Both the position numbers and the translations under genes were made by a program. A stretch of DNA of 64,000 nt from NCBI GenBank assembly GCA_965277715.1, contig OZ255836.1, forward strand, positions 2,752,001 through 2,816,000. The letters run 5' to 3'. How positions within the stretch are numbered: position 1 is the first letter of the stretch; each line of letters begins with the position of its first letter. The notes under the pieces were generated by a model, which saw only the letters and a list, made by a program, of their open reading frames with translations, was not told the DNA's origin and made no database searches. The DNA comes from Gammaproteobacteria bacterium. GTDB lineage: Bacteria > Pseudomonadota > Gammaproteobacteria > JBCCGL01. Shown here piece by piece: positions 43,098-53,374 of this stretch.

Positions 43098-43898
43098 TCA
43101 GACGCGCCCAAGGGCGAAGCCCCGGGCGATGTGGTTGCGCACGAACCAGATAACGATCGCGCCGGGGATGATGGTCAATGCACCGGCGGCGGCCAATAGG
43201 CCAAGCTCGTACCCAGAGGAGCTGGCGGTCTTGGTCATGGTCGCGGCGATGGGCTTTGCCGCCACCGAGGTCAGGGTTTTTGCCAGTAACAGCTCCACCC
43301 AGGAGAACATAAAACAGAAGAATGCCGCCACGCCAATGCCCGAGCGGATGGTCGGCAGGAATATCCGCAGGAAGAAGCGTGGAAATGAATAGCCGTCGAT
43401 ATACGCGGTTTCATCCAGCTCTTTGGGCACGCCGGACATAAACCCTTCGAGTATCCACACCGCCAGCGGGATGTTGAACAGGCAGTGCGCCAGCGCAACC
43501 GCCCACGGCGTATCGAACAGGCCAACCGCCGAATATAGCTGAAAAAAGGGCAGGGCAAACACGGCGGGTGGCGCCATGCGGTTGGTCAGCAACCAGAAGA
43601 ATAAATGCTTATCACCCAAAAAGCGGTAGCGCGAGAAGGCGTAGGCGGCGGGCAGGGCCACCGCTACCGCCAGTACGGTGTTGATGAGGACATAGGTAAT
43701 CGAGTTGATGTAGCCGTTGTACCAGCTTGGGTCTGAGAAGATGGTGTAGTAGTTTTCCAGTGTGAATTGCTGGGGCCACAGGGTGAATGTGCCGAGTATT
43801 TCATTGGTGGTTTTGAACGACATGTTCAGCAGCCAGTAGATTGGCAGCAGCAGAAACACGATGTAGGTGCTGGGTAATAGCCATTTATAGCGGTGCAT
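43098..43898 (-). CDS. glpQ: Glycerol ABC transporter permease
   Basis: EAA-type loop ELDETAYIDG; operon position (rhizobial glpSTPQUV naming). Confidence 0.8.
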   Translation of the reverse strand: MHRYKWLLPSTYIVFLLLPIYWLLNMSFKTTNEILGTFTLWPQQFTLENYYTIFSDPSWYNGYINSITYVLINTVLAVAVALPAAYAFSRYRFLGDKHLFFWLLTNRMAPPAVFALPFFQLYSAVGLFDTPWAVALAHCLFNIPLAVWILEGFMSGVPKELDETAYIDGYSFPRFFLRIFLPTIRSGIGVAAFFCFMFSWVELLLAKTLTSVAAKPIAATMTKTASSSGYELGLLAAAGALTIIPGAIVIWFVRNHIARGFALGRV

Positions 43899-43901
43899 TG
43901 C

Positions 43902-44765
43902 CTATTCCTCGCCGCGCATGGTCACGGTGTAAAAAACCCACGATACCAGCAGGATAATCAGGAAGTAAATTAACGACATCGCCGCCGCCGGGCCAAGATC
44001 AAACTGGCCCAGCGCCACTTTTACCAGGTCGATGGACAGGAAGGTGGTGCTGTTGCCAGGGCCGCCGCCGGTGAGGACGAAGGGTTCTGTGTAGATCATA
44101 AAGCTGTCCATAAAGCGCAGCAGTATGGCGATGGTCAGTACGCGCTTCATCTTGGGTAGCTGGATATAGCGAAATACCGCCCAGGCGCTGGCGCCATCGA
44201 TGCGCGCCGCCTGGAAATACGCCTCGGGAATCGACGAGAGTCCCGCGTAGGCGAGCAGCACGACCAGCGAGGTCCAGTGCCAGACATCCATCAACACCAC
44301 GGTAAACCAGGCCGCGAACGGCTGGCGTGTGTAGTTGTAGTCGATACCGAGTGCGTTGATCGATTTGCCGAGCAGCCCGATATCCGGCAGCGCGAAGATA
44401 TTCCACATGGCACCGACGACATTCCACGGGATCAGCAGGGGCAGCGACATCAACACCAGGCAGATCGAAACGCCAATGCCGCGCCTGGGCATGGCCAGCG
44501 CGATGGCGATACCCAGGGGGATTTCAATCACCAGGATGATACCGGTAAACAGAAACTGACGCCCCAGCGAGGCGTGGAAGCGCTCCGAGTGCAGCACGTC
44601 GGCAAACCAGCGCACACCCTCGAAGAAGAACACGTTATTGCCAAAGGTCTCCTGCACGGAGTAGTTAACCACCGTCATCAGCGGGATGATGGCGTTGAAG
44701 GCGACCAGAATGACCACCGGAATCACCAGAAACCAGGCTTTTTGATGGGTGGTTTTACTGCTCAT
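43902..44765 (-). CDS. glpP: Glycerol ABC transporter permease
   Basis: QAARIDGAS loop, MDVWHWT. Confidence 0.8.
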   Translation of the reverse strand: MSSKTTHQKAWFLVIPVVILVAFNAIIPLMTVVNYSVQETFGNNVFFFEGVRWFADVLHSERFHASLGRQFLFTGIILVIEIPLGIAIALAMPRRGIGVSICLVLMSLPLLIPWNVVGAMWNIFALPDIGLLGKSINALGIDYNYTRQPFAAWFTVVLMDVWHWTSLVVLLAYAGLSSIPEAYFQAARIDGASAWAVFRYIQLPKMKRVLTIAILLRFMDSFMIYTEPFVLTGGGPGNSTTFLSIDLVKVALGQFDLGPAAAMSLIYFLIILLVSWVFYTVTMRGEE

Positions 44766-45844
44766 TGGCTCGCCTCTGCGCCGTATAGCCAGCCATCGGC
44801 GTACACCAGTGTTTTGTCCGGGTCAAAGCGTATACAGGCGCTGCCGGGGGGGATGGCGGTGTCTTCCGGCAGTAGCATACGGATGGTGTGGCCCCGGTGT
44901 TCGGTGGTGACAATTTTGTGCCGACCAATGTCATCGACGCGGCTGATCGAGACGGGTATGCCGCTGTCGGCAAAGTGGACAAACTCCGGGCGCACGCCGA
45001 TTTGCAGGTTGCCTTTATCGACGATGTGTGGGCTGTCGTTGTTGGCGTTTAGCGGGTTGCCGGCAAACCGCAGTTGTGCGTGTTGATGGGTCGCCGGTAG
45101 CAGGTTCATGCCAGGGGAGCCGATAAAATGCCCGACGAAGGTGTGCCGGGGTCTTTCAAAGAGTGCCACCGGCGTGCCGGATTGCACCACTCTGCCGTCG
45201 TGCATCACGATCACCTGGTCGGCGAAGGTCAGCGCCTCGGTCTGGTCGTGGGTGACATAGATCATGGTGGCGCGGGATTTTTGGTGGAGCTCCTTGAGTT
45301 TTGAGCGCAGTTGCCATTTTAGGTGTGGGTCGATCACGGTCAGTGGCTCGTCGAACAAAATGGCGTTGACGTCTGAGCGCACCAGGCCACGGCCCAGGCT
45401 GATCTTCTGCTTGCCGTCGGCGCTCAACCCGGCGGCGCGCCGGGTGAGTGAGTCGCTCAGATCCAGCAGCGCGGCAATTTCCCGCACGCGCTGGTCGACC
45501 GCCGCGCTGCCCACGTGGCGATTGCGCAGCGGAAAGGCCAAGTTGTCGTATACCGTCATGGTGTCGTAGACGACCGGAAACTGGAATACCTGGGCGATAT
45601 TGCGCGCTTCGGTGGCGGCGTGGGTGACGTCTTCGCCATCGAATAAGATGCGCCCCTCGCTCGGCTGTAACAGCCCTGAGATAAGGTTCAGCAGGGTCGA
45701 TTTACCGCAGCCGGAGGAGCCGAGCAGGGCGTAGGCGCCGCCGTCCTGCCAGGTGAGGTCGATGTGTTTCAGCGCCCAGTCCCGCTCCGCTTCAGGGGTC
45801 GGCAGGTAGCTGTGGCGCAGATTGGACAGGGTGATTTTTGCCAT
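44762..45844 (-). CDS. glpT: Glycerol ABC transporter ATP-binding subunit
   Basis: GSSGCGKS, LFDEPL, YVTHDQ. Confidence 0.8.
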   Translation of the reverse strand: MAKITLSNLRHSYLPTPEAERDWALKHIDLTWQDGGAYALLGSSGCGKSTLLNLISGLLQPSEGRILFDGEDVTHAATEARNIAQVFQFPVVYDTMTVYDNLAFPLRNRHVGSAAVDQRVREIAALLDLSDSLTRRAAGLSADGKQKISLGRGLVRSDVNAILFDEPLTVIDPHLKWQLRSKLKELHQKSRATMIYVTHDQTEALTFADQVIVMHDGRVVQSGTPVALFERPRHTFVGHFIGSPGMNLLPATHQHAQLRFAGNPLNANNDSPHIVDKGNLQIGVRPEFVHFADSGIPVSISRVDDIGRHKIVTTEHRGHTIRMLLPEDTAIPPGSACIRFDPDKTLVYADGWLYGAEASQ

Positions 45845-45895
45845 CAGTTAACGGGTCTGTGCGTGGGTATGGACATAGACATGGGTTTGGCCAGA

Positions 45896-46963
45896 CTAGG
45901 GGACGAGCCGCTGTTCGTCGGCATCGAACAGCAGGCAGTGATCCGGGTTGAGGTGCAACTGCACCGGGCTGCCCGGCTGCAGTGAATGAACCCCCTGAGA
46001 TTGTGAAATCCAGGGGGTGCCGTCAATCGTTGCGTGCACGGTGCTGTCAGAGCCGGTCAGCTCGGTTAACAACACTTCACCGGTAACCGCCACCGACCGC
46101 GCACTGGTGGGGGCAAGGGTCACGTGGTGCGGGCGAATGCCGAGGGTGTACTCGCCATCGGGCAGCGCAGCGGCGGCACCTGTTGTCGGCCATGCCGAGG
46201 TGCTGTTCAGGTGGATGTGCCCCGCACGTTTGCTGATCGTGACGATATTCATCGGCGGGTCTGAGTAAACCCGGGCGGTGCGCGTGGTATCTGGTCGTCG
46301 GTAGACTTCATCGCTGGGGCCAAACTGGGTAACCCGGCCCTCGTGCAGGGTGGCGGTATGCCCACCGAGGAGCAGCGCCTCGGTGGGCTCGGTGGTCGCG
46401 TAGACCAGCGTGGCGCCGGTATTGCGGAACAGTTTTGGCAGCTCCTCGCGCAGCTCCTCGCGCAGTTTGTAATCGAGGTTGGCCAGCGGTTCGTCCAGCA
46501 GTACCAGCCGCGCCTGCTTGACCAGGGCGCGGGCCAGCGCGGTGCGTTGTTGCTGGCCGCCGGACAGTTCACCGGGCATACGCTGGAGCATGGGGGTCAG
46601 TTGCAACAGATCCGCAACCCGCTCGACCGCGTCGCGAATCTCGCCCTGGCTCAGTCTGCGCAGGTGCAGCGGCGAGGCGATATTTTCGTACACAGTAAAA
46701 TTGGGGTAATTGATAAACTGCTGGTAGACCATGGCGATATCGCGCTTTTGCACGGCGACGCCAGTGACATTCTGGCCGTTGAACCACACCTCCCCGCTAC
46801 TGGGTTTTTCCAGCCCGGCCATCAGGCGCATCAGCGAGGTTTTGCCCGCCAACGTGGTGCCCAATAGCACGGTGATACCACCCTCTGGCAGTGTCAGGTC
46901 GGTGGGGTGGATATGCGTTTGCCCGGCGACGTTAAGTGAAATGTTTTTGAGTGTTAATGACAT
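45896..46963 (-). CDS. glpS: Glycerol ABC transporter ATP-binding subunit
   Basis: GTTLAGKT, LSGGQQQR, LLDEPLANLD. Confidence 0.8.
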   Translation of the reverse strand: MSLTLKNISLNVAGQTHIHPTDLTLPEGGITVLLGTTLAGKTSLMRLMAGLEKPSSGEVWFNGQNVTGVAVQKRDIAMVYQQFINYPNFTVYENIASPLHLRRLSQGEIRDAVERVADLLQLTPMLQRMPGELSGGQQQRTALARALVKQARLVLLDEPLANLDYKLREELREELPKLFRNTGATLVYATTEPTEALLLGGHTATLHEGRVTQFGPSDEVYRRPDTTRTARVYSDPPMNIVTISKRAGHIHLNSTSAWPTTGAAAALPDGEYTLGIRPHHVTLAPTSARSVAVTGEVLLTELTGSDSTVHATIDGTPWISQSQGVHSLQPGSPVQLHLNPDHCLLFDADEQRLVP

Positions 46964-46969
46964 GCTGAT

Positions 46970-47827
46970 TCAGGTGTTGCCACCGGTGTTCGGGTTAACA
47001 TTCTGGCTAATATGCCGGTCGACGCCATGGGTCATCAATACCTCAACGCGGTGGCGCTGGCAGTGCGCAAGAAACGCATCGGGGGGGCGTTTGTCGGTAA
47101 CGATATAGTCAATCGCCGAGACGTTGGCGATGCGCATTGGGGCGCTGCGCTTAAATTTTTCTGAGTCTGCGACCAGTATTGTTTTGCGGGCGTTGGCAAT
47201 AATCGCCCTGGCGACCCGCACCTCCTGGCTGTCGAAATCGAGCAGTGTGCCGTCTTCCTCAATCGCCGATACCCCAATGATCGCGTAGTCGAGCTTGAAT
47301 CTGGCGATAAATTCGGCGGTGGAATCCCCCACAATCCCGCCATCGTCATTGCGCACTGTGCCGCCTGCCAGCATAAATTTGAACGTGAGGTTGTGCCGCA
47401 GCACCTGGATAACATTGATGTTGTTGGTAACGATCAACAGGCCGTGGTGTTTGCTCAATTGCCGCGCCGCCGACTCGGTGGTGGTACCAATGTTGATGAA
47501 CAGCGACGAATCATCGGGTATCAAGGTCACCGCCGTGGCGCCGATGGCGGTTTTTTCTGCGGCCATAAAACTGCGCCGCGCCGCGTAACTGATATTGGCG
47601 ACACCATCTTGCACAACGGCACCGCCGTGGGTGCGTTGCAGCAGGCGCCTGTCACACAGGTAATTGAGGTCGCGCCGGATAGTTTGCGGGGTGACCCCCA
47701 GCTTGCCTGATAGCGGCTCCACCTGCACTTCGCCCTGTGCGTATGCCGCGTCAACAATCATTTGCTGGCGGATGCTGAGCTGGGTAATTTGCCGGGTAAT
47801 GTGCTGGTCTACCTGCTTGTCGGTCAT
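46970..47827 (-). CDS. glpR: DeoR-family glycerol-3-phosphate regulon repressor
   Basis: VTPQTIRRDL, R.HGGA, LFINIGTTTE. Confidence 0.9.
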   Translation of the reverse strand: MTDKQVDQHITRQITQLSIRQQMIVDAAYAQGEVQVEPLSGKLGVTPQTIRRDLNYLCDRRLLQRTHGGAVVQDGVANISYAARRSFMAAEKTAIGATAVTLIPDDSSLFINIGTTTESAARQLSKHHGLLIVTNNINVIQVLRHNLTFKFMLAGGTVRNDDGGIVGDSTAEFIARFKLDYAIIGVSAIEEDGTLLDFDSQEVRVARAIIANARKTILVADSEKFKRSAPMRIANVSAIDYIVTDKRPPDAFLAHCQRHRVEVLMTHGVDRHISQNVNPNTGGNT

Positions 47828-47951
47828 GGTGTTGATAAAAGCCTAAACGTATCCGTTGAGTTGGCTACGAACATCTAATGGATTGAATATAAAACATGTT
47901 TACACGGTTTAACCGATTGTCAGGTGAAAGAAAACAGTTGAATCAAGTGGA

Positions 47952-47990
47952 CGCCCTGGGACAGGGTTGCGGCGGGATTGTCCCAGGGCG
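47952..47990. terminator. Intergenic hairpin after the binding-protein gene
   Basis: CGCCCTGGGACA...TGTCCCAGGGCG, 12-bp stem. Confidence 0.55.
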
Positions 47991-47996
47991 GTTGGC

Positions 47997-49748
47997 TTAG
48001 TTAGCTTCCCACTGTTTGATCAGCTCCTCGTAGGCGATTGTTTCGCCTTGTGGCTTTTCATTGGCCAGCTTGGCTTTTGGTGAGCCGGGCTTATTCAGCC
48101 ACACAGACGGATCCTGTGGTTCATTCAGGCGAGGGCCACAACCGCCGTAGACGTTGGCTTTCTCGTCTGCCGCCTGCATCCGCGCCATGGTGATATCCAT
48201 CTCGCCCGCGAGCCGGTCCATCGCCTGCTGAGGCGTGAACGCACCGGAGTTGACGTCACCAATTTGCTGCCACCAAATCTGCGCGAGCTTGGGGTAGTCC
48301 GGCACGTTGACACCCGTTGGCGTCCAGCGCACCCGGTCGGGTGAACGGTAAAACTCGACCAGGCCCCCCAGCTTGGGCGCACGCTCGGTAAAGGAGGCGT
48401 GGCGAATATCGCTGTCGCGGATCGGTGTCAGGCCCACGTGTGTCTTCTTCAGAGAAACTGTCTTGGAGACGACAAACTGCGCGTACAACCAGGCGGCCTT
48501 GCGGCGATCAACCGGGGTCGATTTAAACAATGTCCAGGAGCCAGCGTCCTGATAGCCGAGCTTCTGGCCTTTCTGCCAATAGGGGCCGTGGGGTGACGGC
48601 GCCATGCGCCACAGCGGGTTGCCCTCATCATCGACGGTGTTATTGCCCTCACTTTTGGGTTTCACCATATCGGCGGTAAACGCCGTGTACCAGAAAATCT
48701 GCTGGGCCACATTGCCCTGAGACAGCGCGGGCAGTGATTGGTAAAAGTCATAATCGGCAGCCCCAGGCGGGGCGTATTGGCGCAGCCACTCGTCCCACTT
48801 ACGGATCGCGTACACCGCTGCCGGGCTGTTGGCACCACCGCCACGGCTGACCGAGGCACCCACCGGGTTACACGAACCGGCCTCCATACGGATGCCCCAC
48901 TCATCAACCGGACGGCCATTGGGTAACCCCTTGCTGCCCATACCGGCCATCGACAGCCAGGCATCGGTCATGCGCCAGCCGAGGTCGGGTGCGCGTTTAC
49001 CGTAGTCCATATGACCGTAGATGCGCACCCCATCGATCTCTTTGACATCGTTACTGAAAAACTCGGCAATGTCCTCGTAGGCAGACCAGTTGACCGGCAC
49101 CCCAAGCTCATAACCGTACTTATCCTTGAAACGCTGCTTCAGGTCGGCGCGGTTAAACCAATCGTGGCGAAACCAATACAAATTGGCAAACTGTTGATCC
49201 GGGAGCTGGTACAACTTACCGTCTGGCCCGGTGGTGAATGATTTGCCCATAAAGTCATCCACATCCAGCCCTGGGTTGGTGACATCGGCGCCTTCGCCCG
49301 CCATCCAGTCACTCAGGTTGACCGCCAGTTGCAGGCGCGAGTGGGTGCCGATCAGGTCAGAGTCGTTGACATACGCATCGTACAGATTGCGCCCGGTTTG
49401 CATTTGGGTTTGCACCGCCTGCACCACCTCACCCTCGCCCAGAATCTGGTGATTCACCTCAATCCCGGTAATCTCTTCAAACGCCTTGGTCAACACCTCA
49501 GACTCATAGCTGTGTGTCGGTATACCCTCGGATAACACGTTGATTTCCATGCCGCTAAACGGTTTTGCGGCATCGATAAACCACGCCATCTCCGCCGCCT
49601 GCTCCGCCTTTGAAAGCGTGGAGGGCTGGAATTCATTATTGATCCACTTATCCGCCTCGGTTGTGCCTGCCTCGGTTGTGCCTACCAGAGCACCTGTCGC
49701 CGACAAGGTGCAGGCCACCGCAAAGGCCGCTGCTGTTAATGGTTTCAT
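47997..49748 (-). CDS. glpV: Glycerol ABC transporter substrate-binding protein
   Basis: Signal peptide; LYQLPDQQFANLYWFR, VPVNWSAYEDIA; operon context. Confidence 0.8.
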   Translation of the reverse strand: MKPLTAAAFAVACTLSATGALVGTTEAGTTEADKWINNEFQPSTLSKAEQAAEMAWFIDAAKPFSGMEINVLSEGIPTHSYESEVLTKAFEEITGIEVNHQILGEGEVVQAVQTQMQTGRNLYDAYVNDSDLIGTHSRLQLAVNLSDWMAGEGADVTNPGLDVDDFMGKSFTTGPDGKLYQLPDQQFANLYWFRHDWFNRADLKQRFKDKYGYELGVPVNWSAYEDIAEFFSNDVKEIDGVRIYGHMDYGKRAPDLGWRMTDAWLSMAGMGSKGLPNGRPVDEWGIRMEAGSCNPVGASVSRGGGANSPAAVYAIRKWDEWLRQYAPPGAADYDFYQSLPALSQGNVAQQIFWYTAFTADMVKPKSEGNNTVDDEGNPLWRMAPSPHGPYWQKGQKLGYQDAGSWTLFKSTPVDRRKAAWLYAQFVVSKTVSLKKTHVGLTPIRDSDIRHASFTERAPKLGGLVEFYRSPDRVRWTPTGVNVPDYPKLAQIWWQQIGDVNSGAFTPQQAMDRLAGEMDITMARMQAADEKANVYGGCGPRLNEPQDPSVWLNKPGSPKAKLANEKPQGETIAYEELIKQWEAN

Positions 49749-49908
49749 ATCGCTATAATCCCCTTCGGTTTTTAACATTTAATGGGTTTGCATGTATGGT
49801 TTTGGCTTGTATTCAGAGAAATCTGAACAGACGAGGCTAGCAATAAAAATTTTCACATGCAATCGTTTTATTTTCGTTTGAACATAAGTTATTAATATAT
49901 CGAATATT

Positions 49909-52137
49909 ATGAAAAAAACTGACCCGCCAGCCACTCAACTACACGATATCGCCGCGCTGGCCGCCAACTACGTCAACACCACCGGGCGGCACATCTTCCT
50001 CACCGGCAAAGCGGGCACGGGTAAAACCACATTCCTCAAATACATCAGCGAGCACACCTACAAAAACACCGCCGTGGCCGCCCCCACCGGCATCGCCGCC
50101 ATCAACGCGGGCGGGGTTACCCTGCACTCACTGCTGCAACTGCCCTTTGGTGCATTCATCCCGGACAACATAGCGCCAGGCGCGGCGGATTCACGCATCA
50201 ACACCCCGCAAACGCTGTTTAAAGACCTGCGCTTCAACGCCACCAAACGCGCCCTGATTCAGGCACTGGAACTGCTCATCATCGACGAAGTGAGCATGTT
50301 GCGTGCAGACCTGCTGGACTGCATCGACCACGTATTGCGCTTTTTGCGCCGCCGGGTGGAACCCTTTGGGGGCTTACAAATACTGTTTATCGGTGATCTA
50401 TTACAACTGCCGCCAGTTATCAATGACGCAGAAATGGCCCTGCTGCTGCCCTACTACGACAGCCCCTACTTCTTCGAGGCACACTCTCTGCGTGAAAACC
50501 CACCGATTTTGATCGAGCTGCAAAAAATCTTCCGGCAGCGCGATCAACACTTTATCGACTTGCTCAACCGCCTGCGGCACAACCAGCAGACCCATCAGGA
50601 TATACAAAAGCTAAACAGCTACCATCAGCCCAGTTTTGACCGGGCGGCAGACAGCGGGTACATCCACATCACCACCCATAACCAACGGGCAGACCGCATC
50701 AACCACAGCCGCCTGCAAAGCCTGCCTGCCCCTGCCTACCACTACCCGGCACAGATCCAGGGCAACTTTCCGGAAAACCTGTTTCCGGTCAGCGAAACGC
50801 TCGAACTGAAAGCGGGCGCCCAGGTGATGTTTATCAAAAATGACCCCAGCGGTGAAGGGCAGTTTTTTAACGGCAAAATTGGCATCGTCGAACACCTTGA
50901 TAATGAGGGCATCCGCGTGGCCTGCGGGGAGGATGACGTTATCCAGGTGGATACCCACCTATGGGAAAACAAACAATACGTACTCAACAAAACCAACAAC
51001 GATGTCGAGGAAAAAAACCTGGGCAGCTTTGAACAGTACCCGCTAAAACTGGCCTGGGCCATCACCGTACACAAAAGCCAGGGCCTGACATTTGAAAAAG
51101 CCATTTTGGATCTTTCCGGCACATTTGCGGCGGGGCAATTGTATGTTGCCCTATCCCGCCTGACCTCGCTGGCGGGTCTGGTATTGTCATCCCCGCTACC
51201 GGAAAACCCACCGCGCATCGACCCCTCACTGCAAACCTTTGCCGATGGCTTTCAGGATACAGCCGTATTGCAACAAAACCTGGACCATGAACGGCGTGAT
51301 GCCCTGCGCCAGCTTGCCCGCCGCGCCTTCCAGTTTGATGGCCTGTTAACCGCATTAAACGCGCACCAGCAAAGCTTTAACAAAGACGAAAACCGCTCGC
51401 TTAAACAACAGCATTTACCCTGGACACAAGCATTGATCGATGACGTGTTACCGTTGAAAACGATAGGCGAAAAATTTATCCGACAAGTAGACAAAATACT
51501 CGAACAGGAACACTACCTGGCGTTACTCGCCGAACGGCTGGCGCGTGCACAGGATTACTTCGACAAGGCCTTCGTTGATTTCTTAGCGCGCTTGCGCACG
51601 CACATACAAACCGTGAAACGTGAGAGCAAAGTAAAAACCTACCTAAAAGAACTCGATGCCCTGCGAGGTTTATTTTTTGATCAGAATAAATTTATACTAA
51701 AAATCGCCGTCTTAGCCCGCTGTACTGTGGAAAATAAAATACCGGAAAAAAAGGATTTTCAGGATTCAGCGCTATACCAATCGGCTGAAAAAAAACGCAC
51801 TAAAAAAACAGATAAAAAAGACAAAACACCGACAAAGACCATTTCTTACGACCTGTTTCGCGAGGGAAAAAGCGTTGCAGAAATTGCCCAAATACGCGGG
51901 CTGGTCGCCAGCACCATCGAGGGGCACCTGGCAGCTTATGTCGCAACCGGCGAGCTGGATGTATTGACACTGCTGAGCGAGGATAAGCTGGCGAAAATAG
52001 CCGCAGAATATCAAGGTAAAGAGAAAAGCTTCGGGCAGATTAAAGCGATATTAGGGGATGAAATCAGCTATGGTGAAATCCGATTAGCCGTGGTGCACTT
52101 GCAGCGGGAGAACCCAGGCGAGGCTTTGGTGGATTAG
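49909..52137 (+). CDS. Pif1/RecD-like SF1 helicase with C-terminal HTH
   Basis: GKAGTGKT, IIDEVSM, GDLLQLPPV, AWAITVHKSQG, YVALSR. Confidence 0.85.
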   Translation: MKKTDPPATQLHDIAALAANYVNTTGRHIFLTGKAGTGKTTFLKYISEHTYKNTAVAAPTGIAAINAGGVTLHSLLQLPFGAFIPDNIAPGAADSRINTPQTLFKDLRFNATKRALIQALELLIIDEVSMLRADLLDCIDHVLRFLRRRVEPFGGLQILFIGDLLQLPPVINDAEMALLLPYYDSPYFFEAHSLRENPPILIELQKIFRQRDQHFIDLLNRLRHNQQTHQDIQKLNSYHQPSFDRAADSGYIHITTHNQRADRINHSRLQSLPAPAYHYPAQIQGNFPENLFPVSETLELKAGAQVMFIKNDPSGEGQFFNGKIGIVEHLDNEGIRVACGEDDVIQVDTHLWENKQYVLNKTNNDVEEKNLGSFEQYPLKLAWAITVHKSQGLTFEKAILDLSGTFAAGQLYVALSRLTSLAGLVLSSPLPENPPRIDPSLQTFADGFQDTAVLQQNLDHERRDALRQLARRAFQFDGLLTALNAHQQSFNKDENRSLKQQHLPWTQALIDDVLPLKTIGEKFIRQVDKILEQEHYLALLAERLARAQDYFDKAFVDFLARLRTHIQTVKRESKVKTYLKELDALRGLFFDQNKFILKIAVLARCTVENKIPEKKDFQDSALYQSAEKKRTKKTDKKDKTPTKTISYDLFREGKSVAEIAQIRGLVASTIEGHLAAYVATGELDVLTLLSEDKLAKIAAEYQGKEKSFGQIKAILGDEISYGEIRLAVVHLQRENPGEALVD

Positions 52138-52151
52138 TGTGAGTATCCATC

Positions 52152-52480
52152 TCTACGCAACTATGTAACCCTCTAAATGCCTTTAGAAAATTAACGATGG
52201 CCTCTGGATCCATTTTCGATTGAGGGAATTTATGCTTAAGAATTAAAAAAAAATTAATTAAAATTGGTTGCCCCTGAAATTTTCTGCTACTCTAACTATA
52301 GTTAGAAAACAATAATACTAAATATCAAAGGCCTCTGTATTGTTTTTAGTATCAAAATGAGAAAAGTATAGCGATATGAATCAGCCACTTACAAAAATAT
52401 CTCAATACTTGGGAAGAATTAAGAGGCCACCTCATAATAATGTTACAGAGGTCTTTGGCCTTTGTAACATACTGTTAGCT
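52152..52480 (+). repeat. Promoter/attI-like block, copy 1
   Basis: ~325 bp non-coding; ends TAAC-ATACT-GTTAGCT; repeated at 60400 and 62509. Confidence 0.7.
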
Positions 52481-52501
52481 TCTCCGGAGAAATAGAGAAT
52501 T

Positions 52502-53257
52502 ATGTGGGGGTTTTCTGGATCAGTTGAATACGTATGCGATGGCTGTGGAGCTAGTGGTGAGGTTCCCATAGTAGATTTCTCTGTAGAGTGTGTGGGTGGC
52601 GGTGATCGCCAAATGGGGCCAGAAAACTTATATGATGTAATTTATGAGTTCGAGTGTGCCGACTGTGGTGTAGATATCTCGCTTAACTTTCAAGTATCTG
52701 AGTATCCAACAGAAGTACTAAATTTCATACTAAACAACTCAACTGGGGCACAAACTGAGGGTGAACCGGGATTTGAGTATGTTAGAGAAATTTACAGTGC
52801 GAGAGATTTATTTTATCTACATGAATCAATTTCAGAACTGATCACGGCTTTGAAAGAAGATGATCAGCTTCTTAGTGCAATAACATCTCGTCAGTTCGAG
52901 GAAATTGTTGCTGAAGTCTTTAAGTCTAAAGGTTATGAAGTAGAATTAACTAAAAAGACAAGAGATGGCGGCAAGGATATTATTGCTATCCACACTGACT
53001 CATTAGACATAAGAAATAAGTACTTTATTGAGTGCAAATATTACGCGGAAAGTAACAAAATTAGTGTTGATGTAGTGCGCGCACTATATGGGGTTAAGAA
53101 TACGATGGATGGCCCTAATAAAGCAATCGTAGTGACGACTTCGACTTTCACTAGTGATGCGAGAAAGTTTGTAGAAAATGAGGCATCTAGCAGTTGGGAT
53201 TTATCTCTGGTAGATAGAGAGCAGCTACTTCAGTGGTTAAATGAGTACAAAAGCTAA
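52502..53257 (+). CDS. Mrr-cat-like restriction endonuclease with N-terminal Zn-ribbon (cassette 1)
   Basis: CxxC..CxxC; FEEIVAE, DGGKD, IECK, VTTSTFT. Confidence 0.8.
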   Translation: MWGFSGSVEYVCDGCGASGEVPIVDFSVECVGGGDRQMGPENLYDVIYEFECADCGVDISLNFQVSEYPTEVLNFILNNSTGAQTEGEPGFEYVREIYSARDLFYLHESISELITALKEDDQLLSAITSRQFEEIVAEVFKSKGYEVELTKKTRDGGKDIIAIHTDSLDIRNKYFIECKYYAESNKISVDVVRALYGVKNTMDGPNKAIVVTTSTFTSDARKFVENEASSSWDLSLVDREQLLQWLNEYKS

Positions 53258-53323
53258 CAAAGCGCTGCTGTCGGACAAATTCTCCGCTGCACTCCAAATT
53301 TGCCGTAGAGCGCGGCGTTATGC
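53252..53323 (+). other. Integron attC site
   Basis: AGCTAAC...GTTATGC, 72 bp, imperfect palindrome; AGCTAAC is complementary to the cassette start GTTAGCT. Confidence 0.85.
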
Positions 53324-53374
53324 AAGACGACTGACCTTCATCAGATGTAACAATGTAGCTACGCTGGAAACTAA

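Noticed and set aside
41362-49758. Numerous overlapping alternative-frame ORFs in the glp operon
   Set aside because: Shadows of GC-rich real genes
49855-49890. Possible GlpR operator upstream of glpV
   Set aside because: Only a loose match (minus strand ATGTTCAAACGAAAAT); not supportable without a position weight matrix
4578-50850. Scattered TGACCCC/GGGGTCA 7-mers inside genes (for example ~4578, 7663, 21558, 46593, 47692, 50841)
   Set aside because: Expected by chance; they lack the outer A/T run and do not mark junctions
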